43,608 bases of DNA. Origin: a virus (Duplodnaviria > Caudoviricetes). Shown here piece after piece: positions 18,392-26,516 of the stretch (position 1 is the first letter of the stretch; every line of letters starts with the position of its first letter). The position numbers and the translations under genes were made by a program. The notes beneath the pieces were generated by a model, which saw only the letters and a list, made by a program, of their open reading frames with translations, was not told the DNA's origin and made no database searches. Location: IMG/VR virus record IMGVR_UViG_3300016476_000405, positions 1 through 43,608 of that record; one strand, 5' to 3'.

Positions 18392-18470
18392 CCTAAAAGA
18401 CTTGTCAAAGTGTACCACTTTTGTTAGAGTAAACAAACAATATAATTCTGTCTTCGTTGACAAGAGATAA
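18384..18470 (+). pseudogene. Orphan duplicate of the guaC 3' end
   Basis: Translates [28 protein letters not shown], versus the guaC end [25 protein letters not shown]. Confidence 0.88.
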
Positions 18471-18534
18471 ATACTTTTGTTACATGATAGGTAACAGACT
18501 CAAAACTTACAACGTCTATTTAAGGAAGGACACT

Positions 18535-19206
18535 ATGGCATACGATAAAACAAAGATTAGCTCAATTCTGGGCGAAGAAATTCACAAACATTTAGTTGAA
18601 AAAGGAGTAGAAACTCCCACAACTTCTCAGCTAAATACACCTAATAAAGAAAAGATAGATAAAATAGAAAAGTTAATGACTGAAGTATGGACTACTTTAG
18701 GGATGGACTTATCTGACGACTCTCTAATAGAGACTCCTAATAGGATAGCAAAAATGATGGTATTAGATCATTATTGGGGACTATTGCCTGAGAACTTCCC
18801 TAAAAATACAACCATCTTGAACAAGATGAACTGTGACGAAATGATTACTCTTACTGACGTACCTATAATGTCAAATTGTGAACATCATGGAGTAATATTT
18901 GCAGGTAATGCAGTCATATCTTATATACCCGGTAACAAGGTAATAGGTATATCCAAACTAGCACGAGTTGCGGAATATTTTAGCAGGAGACCTCAGGTTC
19001 AAGAAAGACTTACTGCTCAAATTTTTCATGCATTGTGTTACTTACTTGAAACAGATAATGTTGCAGTTCATATCAAGGCACAGCATTTTTGCATGATAAG
19101 TAGGGGAGTAGAAACACCTAATACTTGGACAGTTACAACCAAACTAGGCGGAGTGTTTAAAGAAAAACCGGAAGTAAGAGCTGAATTTTTAAGTAACGTA
19201 AAATGA
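18535..19206 (+). CDS. folE: GTP cyclohydrolase I
   Basis: ETPNRIAKM, SNCEHH, GISKLAR, RPQVQERLT, HFCMISRGV; SD AAGGA before ATG 18535. Confidence 0.95.
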   Translation: MAYDKTKISSILGEEIHKHLVEKGVETPTTSQLNTPNKEKIDKIEKLMTEVWTTLGMDLSDDSLIETPNRIAKMMVLDHYWGLLPENFPKNTTILNKMNCDEMITLTDVPIMSNCEHHGVIFAGNAVISYIPGNKVIGISKLARVAEYFSRRPQVQERLTAQIFHALCYLLETDNVAVHIKAQHFCMISRGVETPNTWTVTTKLGGVFKEKPEVRAEFLSNVK

Positions 19207-20018
19207 ACGCACCTACTAACGTTAAACAGTACTTGAGTGCCGGTACATTGCGCGGTAAGTTTTCTAGATCCGGTGGTTATTGCGCACCGTTTCTGGAATT
19301 CATCTCTTTCTGTAAAGACAACAATTTTTTATTGGAAGAAACCGGACTAATAAACTATCCTTTTAGTGTTATAAAAACCTGTGTGTTAAACGATTTGTCT
19401 CCGCCAGTATGTGTCTGCGGTGCTCCTACTATTTGGGCAATATCCAGTGAAGGGGGATTTTACCCTGCGGCATGTTCTATGGAATGTAGAAGCAAATCAA
19501 AAAGATACACTTCAATTCTCTCTAAGAGAAAAACAGAGTTGTATAGTAACGCAGAATGGAAAAAAACAGTAGAGGGTAAAAAAAGCGAAACGCTATTAAA
19601 GAACTTTAATGTTTCTCACCCCATGCAGAGTGTTGAGTTGTTCTTGAAACAGCAAAAAAGTTGTTTCAATAAAAATGAAAACGGGTTGCATGGATATGAA
19701 CCATTTGTTTATCCTTTAGTACTGTCTCTGTATCCCGATATTACTCTAGGAACAGATTATTTAAAAGCAACCTCTTTGCAAATCCGATGGTTAGGTGAAG
19801 ACAAAAAATTTCATCTTTCATACCCTGATTTTTTCTCCAAAGAATTAAACACCTTCATTGAAGTAAAGAGTGAATACACTAGAGAAAAGCACGATGCTAA
19901 ACTTAGAAAGTGCCAAGAAGCATTGTTAAAAATGAAAATCGGTTATATAATAATAACTTATACTCCTAAAAAGAAGTTTGTCTTGGAGTGCTATAACAAA
20001 GAATATATCGATGAATGA
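19203..20018 (+). mobile_element. Probable free-standing PD-(D/E)xK homing endonuclease
   Basis: C-terminal YPDFF...FIEVKS motif; CxC...CSxxC zinc-binding-like region and TLLKNFNVSHPMQ repeat-type motif; inserted between folE and queD. Confidence 0.65.
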
Positions 20019-20056
20019 TTTTAGTACAACAAACCAATTTAAAGAAGGGTGTTAAT

Positions 20057-20521
20057 ATGGGTAAATTTTACAGTACTAAAACTTACGGTAATGATCGTGG
20101 GTTAAGTTGCTGCTTTAGACAGTGGCGTTCAACTCACAGTCATTGTAGTTTGTTACATGGATATTCGATTGGTATCAAATTGATATTTGAATGTGATTCT
20201 TTAGATGAACGCAACTGGGTAATGGATTTCGGTGGTCTTAAAGAATTCAAGCAATGGGCTGAGTATATGTTTGATCATACTACTCTTATTGCAGAAGACG
20301 ATCCAGAACTACCGCTGTTTCTAAATATGCCAAAAAGCGTAGCTGATTTGCGAGTAGTACCAGCAGTAGGTTGTGAGCGTTTTGCTGAAATGGCGTACAA
20401 CAAAATGACAGAACTGTTAGATAAAAGCGATAAAGAGGGTACACTTTTAAATCCTACAGTATGTGTTAAAAGTGTAGAAGTGTTTGAACACGGTGCTAAT
20501 TCAGCAATTTACGAAGGTTAA
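20057..20521 (+). CDS. queD: 6-carboxy-5,6,7,8-tetrahydropterin synthase
   Basis: HCSLLHGYS (CxxxHG), WVMDFGGLK, FDH, VEVFEH. Confidence 0.9.
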   Translation: MGKFYSTKTYGNDRGLSCCFRQWRSTHSHCSLLHGYSIGIKLIFECDSLDERNWVMDFGGLKEFKQWAEYMFDHTTLIAEDDPELPLFLNMPKSVADLRVVPAVGCERFAEMAYNKMTELLDKSDKEGTLLNPTVCVKSVEVFEHGANSAIYEG

Positions 20522-20522
20522 C

Positions 20523-21071
20523 ATGAACACAGTAAAATTAACATACAGTCATATAGAAGCATTAACTTTAGATATCATTAGGTCAATGACACTAGATAAC
20601 TTTAAACCTGATTATGTAGTAGGTATCACACGGGGTGGTCTTTTACCTGCACAACTGATCAGTCAATATTTTGATGTTCCAATGGAAACATTAAGAATTA
20701 GTCTAAGAGATCATGCTGAGCAAGAATGCAATACTTGGATGCCTACAGATGCTTTTGGTTATCTGCCTGAAGAATTACGACAAAAAGAAAAATCTCGTTG
20801 GGATGTTTCTAGACGAAAGAATATCTTGATTGTTGATGATATCAATGATTCAGGTGCCACACTACAATGGTTGAAAAAAGATTGGGAATCAAGTTGCTTT
20901 CCTAACGAACAGTATGTATGGAAAACTATATGGAACCATAATGTAAAGTTCGCAACACTGGTAAACAACGAAGCTAGTGACTTCAAAGACATTGACTACA
21001 GTTCAATGAGTATCAACAAACTTGAAACTCCAGTTTGGATTGAATTTCCCTACGAAAATTGGTGGAAATGA
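20523..21071 (+). CDS. Type I phosphoribosyltransferase (xanthine/guanine PRT-like)
   Basis: VVGITRGGLLPA, PRPP-binding ILIVDDINDSGATL, WIEFPYE. Confidence 0.88.
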   Translation: MNTVKLTYSHIEALTLDIIRSMTLDNFKPDYVVGITRGGLLPAQLISQYFDVPMETLRISLRDHAEQECNTWMPTDAFGYLPEELRQKEKSRWDVSRRKNILIVDDINDSGATLQWLKKDWESSCFPNEQYVWKTIWNHNVKFATLVNNEASDFKDIDYSSMSINKLETPVWIEFPYENWWK

Positions 21072-21352
21072 AAAAGAATAAGGAACTTCTCATTGAAGTA
21101 AGTACTACTTCTCTTTCACCATTTATGAAAGATTTACGATTGTTTTCACCATTTATGAAAGATTTACGATTGGTATTTACTGCATGGAATGACACAGTTA
21201 AAGAAGAACAGTATTTGAAATCTTATATCAAGAAATATCCTGGCAATTACGTGCTTGAAGAATATCTTGACGCTAAATTGCTCAAAGTACAGTATAGACT
21301 AAGATTTGAAACACCAGAAGATAAGACTATGTTCTTATTGAGATATGACTAA
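21068..21352 (+). CDS. Hypothetical protein with 10-aa tandem duplication
   Basis: ATGA overlap; SPFMKDLRL twice. Confidence 0.7.
   Translation: MKKNKELLIEVSTTSLSPFMKDLRLFSPFMKDLRLVFTAWNDTVKEEQYLKSYIKKYPGNYVLEEYLDAKLLKVQYRLRFETPEDKTMFLLRYD
21114..21172 (+). repeat. Tandem duplication, period 30
   Basis: tttcaccatttatgaaagatttacgattg, identical at 21114-21142 and 21144-21172. Confidence 0.95.
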
Positions 21353-21555
21353 TGTATATACCAAAAAAACTTAAATGGGAAACACTAGGTGCTTTTAAAA
21401 AACACTTAGAAACTGAGACTACCGAAAAGGTTGTAGTTTACAACGGATATGAGATAATTACAGAAACTATGAGATATGGTTTGTGTGATAGTCAACTATC
21501 ATGCACTCCTTTAGAAGTTAAAAAACCCAAACAGAGAAAAAAGAAGAATGACTGA
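21352..21555 (+). CDS. Small hypothetical protein
   Basis: 67-aa ORF, TAATG coupling. Confidence 0.7.
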   Translation: MYIPKKLKWETLGAFKKHLETETTEKVVVYNGYEIITETMRYGLCDSQLSCTPLEVKKPKQRKKKND

Positions 21556-22390
21556 GATAAAAGTTTCGGAATTGTTTTATTCCGTACAAGGTGAAGGTAG
21601 GTATCAAGGTGTGCCCAGCGTGTTCTTACGCACGTTTGGCTGTAACTTTACTTGCGGTGGTTTTGGTATGCTCAAAGGTGAAGTAAGTAACGAACGCAAC
21701 TTGATCAATGCAAAAGAATATAAAGACTACAATGATTTACCTCTAGTAACAACTGGTTGTGATTCATACGCAAGTTGGGATGTGAGATTTAAGCACTTGT
21801 CTCCCAAACTATCAACAGATGCTATTGCACAAGCAATAGTTGATTTGTTGCCATTTAAAGAATGGCGTGACGAACATTTAGTAATCACTGGTGGTGAACC
21901 TTTGTTAGGATGGCAACGAGCGTATCCTGAACTTTTAAATCATTCATTGATGAAGTCATTGAAGGAACTTACGTTTGAAACAAATGGAACACAAACATTA
22001 AGTAAAGAATTTAAACATTACTTGGGAGAATGGCCTGCTGATAATTGGGATAGAGAAATTACCTTTTCAGTAAGTCCTAAACTAAGCTGTTCAGGTGAAA
22101 AGCGTGAAGATGCTATCAAGCCTGAAATCATAGTAGATTATCAATCAGTTGGTTATACTTACTTGAAGTTTGTAATAGCAACCGAAGAAGATGCTAACGA
22201 AGCATTAGAAGTAACCGAGCTATACAGACAAGCTGGCTTTGGTGGTCCTGTTTACTTAATGCCTGTTGGTGGTGTAGAAAGCGTATATGCTATGAATAAC
22301 AAGCGTGTAGCAGAACTAGCAATGAAACATGGATTAAGATATAGTGACAGAATGCACATCCCACTCTGGGGTAACGGGTGGGGTACATAA
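21548..22390 (+). CDS. queE: 7-carboxy-7-deazaguanine synthase (radical SAM)
   Basis: ELFYSVQGEG, VFLRTFGCNFTC...CDS, VITGGEPLL, FETNGT, SVSPKL, RMHIPLWGN. Confidence 0.93.
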   Translation: MTEIKVSELFYSVQGEGRYQGVPSVFLRTFGCNFTCGGFGMLKGEVSNERNLINAKEYKDYNDLPLVTTGCDSYASWDVRFKHLSPKLSTDAIAQAIVDLLPFKEWRDEHLVITGGEPLLGWQRAYPELLNHSLMKSLKELTFETNGTQTLSKEFKHYLGEWPADNWDREITFSVSPKLSCSGEKREDAIKPEIIVDYQSVGYTYLKFVIATEEDANEALEVTELYRQAGFGGPVYLMPVGGVESVYAMNNKRVAELAMKHGLRYSDRMHIPLWGNGWGT

Positions 22391-22704
22391 TGAGAGATCC
22401 TCAAGATTATGCAGGAACTTGGATATTTCTAAAAAAAGCAAAGTGGAAAGAATCTTTTGCTCTTTTCCCTCACCGTTGTAGAATAAGCAAGAGGTTAATA
22501 TGGTTAAAGAAAGCATATAAGGGTGTAGCCACTTACACTGGTCTAGGAACTCCTGTAACAGAAACTCAGTGGCACGAATCGGGTGAACATATCAAATGGT
22601 TACTAACCAGAGACACTAATGAGACTATAGCTTCATTAATGGCTCAAGATATCGTTGGAGTTCAACCAATGACTTCACAGGCCGGTAGCATATTTAAAAT
22701 TTAA
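22390..22704 (+). CDS. Hypothetical protein with C-terminal major-capsid (gp23)-like VQPM peptide
   Basis: N-domain WKESFALFPHRC..SKRLIWL (paralog at 24051); C-terminal MAQDIVGVQPMTSQAGSIF. Confidence 0.7.
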   Translation: MRDPQDYAGTWIFLKKAKWKESFALFPHRCRISKRLIWLKKAYKGVATYTGLGTPVTETQWHESGEHIKWLLTRDTNETIASLMAQDIVGVQPMTSQAGSIFKI

Positions 22705-22713
22705 CAAGAAGAA

Positions 22714-24048
22714 ATGAAAACATATACAAAACGAATTGGATTTATTGTTAGTTATCAAACATTAATACCTCATGGTGGTATAGGTCAGTTTGCAAAAAGC
22801 TTTTGTGAGCTAATGGACCTTCATGATATCAAAGTTGATATTATCACAGATAAGCAACCAAAAGATAATGAGTTTGTAAGTACACTAAAGGCAAATATTA
22901 TATCTCCCACAGATTCTTTACCTTATACTGATCACAGTGCTATCTTTATGTACGGTGATACTTTTTGTTATGAAAGAATGGCTAATTTTCGCAATGCAAT
23001 AATAAAGGCATTGGAACAAAACTTATATGATGCGTTTATATGTAATACTTACGAAAGCGTTCAAGTAGCAGCAACAATGGGTCTAGAAGATGTTATACAG
23101 ATCATTGCATATACCCATCTTGAAAGTCAAATATTTAAAGATACAAAGAATCCATTTCTGTATAATACTAATGTAATGATGCGTCAACAATTAAACACCG
23201 ATGGCATTTACATAGGCACGCAAAGTAAGTATAATCAAGTTGAACTTGATTATGCTTGGCACTTGCCTATACCCATAACCGAGCGGGGCTTATTAGAAGA
23301 ACATCATAAATCAAGAGAAGGTGTATTATTTATTGGTAGATGGGAAGAAGGAAAAAATCCTGAATTATTCATTGAACTAATAGAACAAACTAAACTTCCC
23401 GCTAAAGTAATGACCAGCCCCAACGGTGTAAAGAAGTTTGAAGACAGACTGAAAAATATTGGCGTACCGTATGAGATACGTGCTAGTATCATTGGACAAG
23501 AAAAAGTAGACTTTATTACTAGTTGTAGAGTAGCATTTAATCCTAGCACAGTAGAAAGTTATGGTATGGCATTTTATGAACAAATGATACAGATGCCAAC
23601 AGTAGTATTAGAAAATATGCGTTGGACTAACAACTTCGATAAACATGATTTTTTTATTACTAATAAAAAGAATATGGCTTCTTATATTAAAGAGTTGTAT
23701 GATAATGTACCTACTGCTAAAGACTGGTATGATTCTGGTATCTTAGAAAAATATCGTAGTATTGAAAATAATATTTTCAGTAAATGGTATGAATGTTTCA
23801 ACGAGTTCGAACCGAAAAAATCTAATACAAACACTGCAAAGATTTGTAATGAAACCACTGTAAAATTAAAAGATTACATTACTGCTCTAAACAGAAGTGT
23901 TATTTGTATTGACGATATTAGAAGCGTGTTATCCAACAAGCACAAGTTTAGAGTTATCTATACAGACAAAGATACTTATTTGACTAAAGATCCTAACTTT
24001 GTTCCTGCTGATGATGAAACAAGTATAAACTTATTTGAAGGATTGTAA
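22714..24048 (+). CDS. GT-B (GT4-like) glycosyltransferase
   Basis: PHGGIGQF, VLFIGRWEEGKNPELF, FNPSTVESYGMAFYE. Confidence 0.85.
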   Translation: MKTYTKRIGFIVSYQTLIPHGGIGQFAKSFCELMDLHDIKVDIITDKQPKDNEFVSTLKANIISPTDSLPYTDHSAIFMYGDTFCYERMANFRNAIIKALEQNLYDAFICNTYESVQVAATMGLEDVIQIIAYTHLESQIFKDTKNPFLYNTNVMMRQQLNTDGIYIGTQSKYNQVELDYAWHLPIPITERGLLEEHHKSREGVLFIGRWEEGKNPELFIELIEQTKLPAKVMTSPNGVKKFEDRLKNIGVPYEIRASIIGQEKVDFITSCRVAFNPSTVESYGMAFYEQMIQMPTVVLENMRWTNNFDKHDFFITNKKNMASYIKELYDNVPTAKDWYDSGILEKYRSIENNIFSKWYECFNEFEPKKSNTNTAKICNETTVKLKDYITALNRSVICIDDIRSVLSNKHKFRVIYTDKDTYLTKDPNFVPADDETSINLFEGL

Positions 24049-24050
24049 TA

Positions 24051-24335
24051 GTGTTTATAGAATACGGCAAATGGAAAAAGCGATTTGCTCTCATGCCTCA
24101 TAAGTGTCATGTAAGTGGTAAACTTGTATGGTTCAAGTTTGGATACAAGATGACAACTACTGCTTTTTCTAGACTGTCTAGGACTCATTGGCGTGATCAG
24201 CAAGTTCATATAATAGAGTTGCTAAAAGGCAATGAACTACCAGAACGAATTACTAGACCTCGACTTCCTCCGCCTCCGCCCATGAGTCCAACTTGGAGTG
24301 GAAATATGAACAAGATTAAAAAGGGTAAGAAATGA
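24051..24335 (+). CDS. Hypothetical protein, paralog of the 22390 ORF N-domain
   Basis: WKKRFALMPHKCHVSGKLVWF; Pro-rich tail. Confidence 0.65.
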   Translation: MFIEYGKWKKRFALMPHKCHVSGKLVWFKFGYKMTTTAFSRLSRTHWRDQQVHIIELLKGNELPERITRPRLPPPPPMSPTWSGNMNKIKKGKK

Positions 24336-25171
24336 AAAAGATATTAATAACAGGTTGCTCAGGTTACATAGGTTCGCATTTGTGTAAGCTGTTAGAAAAC
24401 GATTACGAAATACATGGGTTAGATATCAAAGAACCTCAAGTACCAGTTAAAAAGTTTTATCAAGTAGATATCACTAGGTTGTTTACTATTCCTGATCAAA
24501 CTGAACCTTATGATGCTGTGATTCATTTAGCCGCACTAGTAAATGTAGGTGAAAGTGAACAAATGCCCATGATGTATTACTTTACTAATCTGAATGGCAC
24601 AACGAATGTAATGAATAAAATTCCCGCAAAGAACTTTATATTCGCGTCAACCGGAGCAGCAGTGGGATGTGCTAGTGCTTATGGTATTAGTAAACGCGCA
24701 GCAGAAGATTGTGTTAGAGAAATGTGTACTGTTCACAAGCCAATGGACTACACCATCTTTAGATTCTATAACGTGATAGGTAGTCATTATGGAATTGAAC
24801 CAACTAATCCTGACGGGTTGATGTATAACTTGATCAAAGCTAAAAATACTAAAAGCTTTACTATATTTGGTAATGATTATAGTGAATCTTGGGACGGTAC
24901 TCCTGTAAGAGATTATGTACACGTTATGGAAATTTGTACTGCTATCAAATTAGCTATCGAAACTCCCAGCAATAAAGTTGAAAGCTTAGGACATGGTGTG
25001 GGTCATACTGTTCAAGAAATGGTAGATATTTTCCAAAAAGTAAACGAATGTGAATTTGACGTTACGATAGGTCCTAGAAGGAAGGGTGACTTACCTTCTA
25101 GTGTATTAGAAGACGTTTCACCTTATATGGTTGAATTGTATTCGATAGAACAATTACTAAAGCTAGAATGA
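24332..25171 (+). CDS. galE: NAD-dependent NDP-sugar epimerase (GalE-like extended SDR)
   Basis: ILITGCSGYIGSHL, IHLAALVNVGES, YGISK (YxxxK), FRFYNV, DGTPVRDYVHV, RRKGD. Confidence 0.85.
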   Translation: MKKILITGCSGYIGSHLCKLLENDYEIHGLDIKEPQVPVKKFYQVDITRLFTIPDQTEPYDAVIHLAALVNVGESEQMPMMYYFTNLNGTTNVMNKIPAKNFIFASTGAAVGCASAYGISKRAAEDCVREMCTVHKPMDYTIFRFYNVIGSHYGIEPTNPDGLMYNLIKAKNTKSFTIFGNDYSESWDGTPVRDYVHVMEICTAIKLAIETPSNKVESLGHGVGHTVQEMVDIFQKVNECEFDVTIGPRRKGDLPSSVLEDVSPYMVELYSIEQLLKLE

Positions 25172-25177
25172 TAAATA
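25170..25177 (+). promoter_or_regulatory. Late promoter-like GATAAATA
   Basis: About 24 nt upstream of ATG 25201. Confidence 0.5.
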
Positions 25178-25200
25178 ATAAAAACTATTAGGAATTTATT

Positions 25201-26472
25201 ATGGATTTTAGAAAACTTTTAAATATTGTAAACGAAGCATCAGAATGGATGCCGGGTGCCCCTGAGGGATTAGAAATAATGACCCCCGAGGAGTTTGTTC
25301 AATCTGAATTAAGTGACGACGAAGTTGCGGGAGATGAAGAAGAAGTAGACGAAGCAACAAAGTTATCGGCTCCATCAAAAGAGTTCGGTGATCAAGAATT
25401 CCAAGACTACATGAAAAGAATCGTAGGGACTCCTGACTTGGACAAAGAAGGGAAACCTAAAGTAGATAAAAAAGGTGTTGAAAAATATATATCTGGCAAA
25501 GACAAACTAGACAGATATAAAATGCCATACATGCACCGTTCTAGTGTCATTGAATACTATGACGCTGCTGGTCAACGCTATGATGAAAAGAAAGTTATTA
25601 GTGAACTATCGCAGCGTCCAAAAAGACTGTTAAAAGAAAACGAAAAAATGAAACATTCTAGTGGCGAACTAGAACAATTTTTTAATGTTGGATTTGCTGC
25701 TTTAACTGGTATAGCAGTAGATGAAGACGAAAATAAACTAATTATAGTTAACACATGTCCAGGAGCAGGAGCTTGTAAGGTTGACTGCTTTGCTATGAAA
25801 GGTGGTAAAATACAATTCAAGAATGCATGGATAAGTGATGGAAGAATTTTAACATATCTACTAAATGATCCTGACGGATTTTTTAATCAGCTAAAATCTG
25901 AAATTGAAAAAGAAAAGCGTCTTGGCGAGAAAGGTGGTTATCGTGTTACTATCAGATGGCACGACGCTGGTGATTTTTTCAGTCCAGAATATGTAGATAT
26001 GGCATTTAAAATGGCTGAGTCTATCCCTGATGTAAACTTCTATGCTTATACTAAAATTGCTAGTGCAGCATTAGCAGAAAAGCCAAAAAACTTTATCATA
26101 AACTGGAGTGAGGGTGCTAGCAAACAACAAGAAAGACAGGTTAAAGCAAGTGATCCAAATCTAGAAAAAACTAAAAATTCTAGAATTGTACCTGATGAAT
26201 TATTTAAGGATCTATTGCTTAAGAAAGACGGAAAGCTAGAAAAGGGTCCTCAAGGTCAATGGCAACTTCAACCGGGCACACTAGATACTCTTAAAGACAG
26301 ATTGGCAATCAAATACGGTTTAAATAAAAACACAATTCTTAGTTATGATGAATGGGAAAAGAAAGGCAAAGATTCTATAAACAATATTTGGAACGTTATT
26401 ATTGCTCCGGGTGAACCCGATCTAACCGCAAACTCTCAGGGTGTACTAAGTACACTACTCTTAAAACATTGA
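25201..26472 (+). CDS. Gp88-family radical-SAM-like protein with acidic N-terminal leader
   Basis: NTCPGAGACKVDCFAMKG (Cx5Cx3C), IRWHDAGDFFS, FYAYTK; leader MDFRKLLNIVNE. Confidence 0.7.
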   Translation: MDFRKLLNIVNEASEWMPGAPEGLEIMTPEEFVQSELSDDEVAGDEEEVDEATKLSAPSKEFGDQEFQDYMKRIVGTPDLDKEGKPKVDKKGVEKYISGKDKLDRYKMPYMHRSSVIEYYDAAGQRYDEKKVISELSQRPKRLLKENEKMKHSSGELEQFFNVGFAALTGIAVDEDENKLIIVNTCPGAGACKVDCFAMKGGKIQFKNAWISDGRILTYLLNDPDGFFNQLKSEIEKEKRLGEKGGYRVTIRWHDAGDFFSPEYVDMAFKMAESIPDVNFYAYTKIASAALAEKPKNFIINWSEGASKQQERQVKASDPNLEKTKNSRIVPDELFKDLLLKKDGKLEKGPQGQWQLQPGTLDTLKDRLAIKYGLNKNTILSYDEWEKKGKDSINNIWNVIIAPGEPDLTANSQGVLSTLLLKH

Positions 26473-26480
26473 TTCTCATG

Positions 26481-26510
26481 GAAAAGGGGTATAGTATTAT
26501 ACCCCTTTTC
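26481..26510. terminator. Bidirectional terminator-like hairpin
   Basis: GAAAAGGGGTATA-GTAT-TATACCCCTTTTC, 13-bp perfect inverted repeat between convergent genes. Confidence 0.8.
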
Positions 26511-26516
26511 ATTAAA

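Noticed and set aside
20015-20056. Orphan folE C-terminus after the PD-(D/E)xK nuclease
   Set aside because: No frame gives recognisable similarity to the folE end (AEFLSNVK); it cannot be supported without homologs.
21114-21172. CRISPR-like repeat (also considered for 40452-40528)
   Set aside because: Only two adjacent copies with no spacers, lying in frame within coding sequence.
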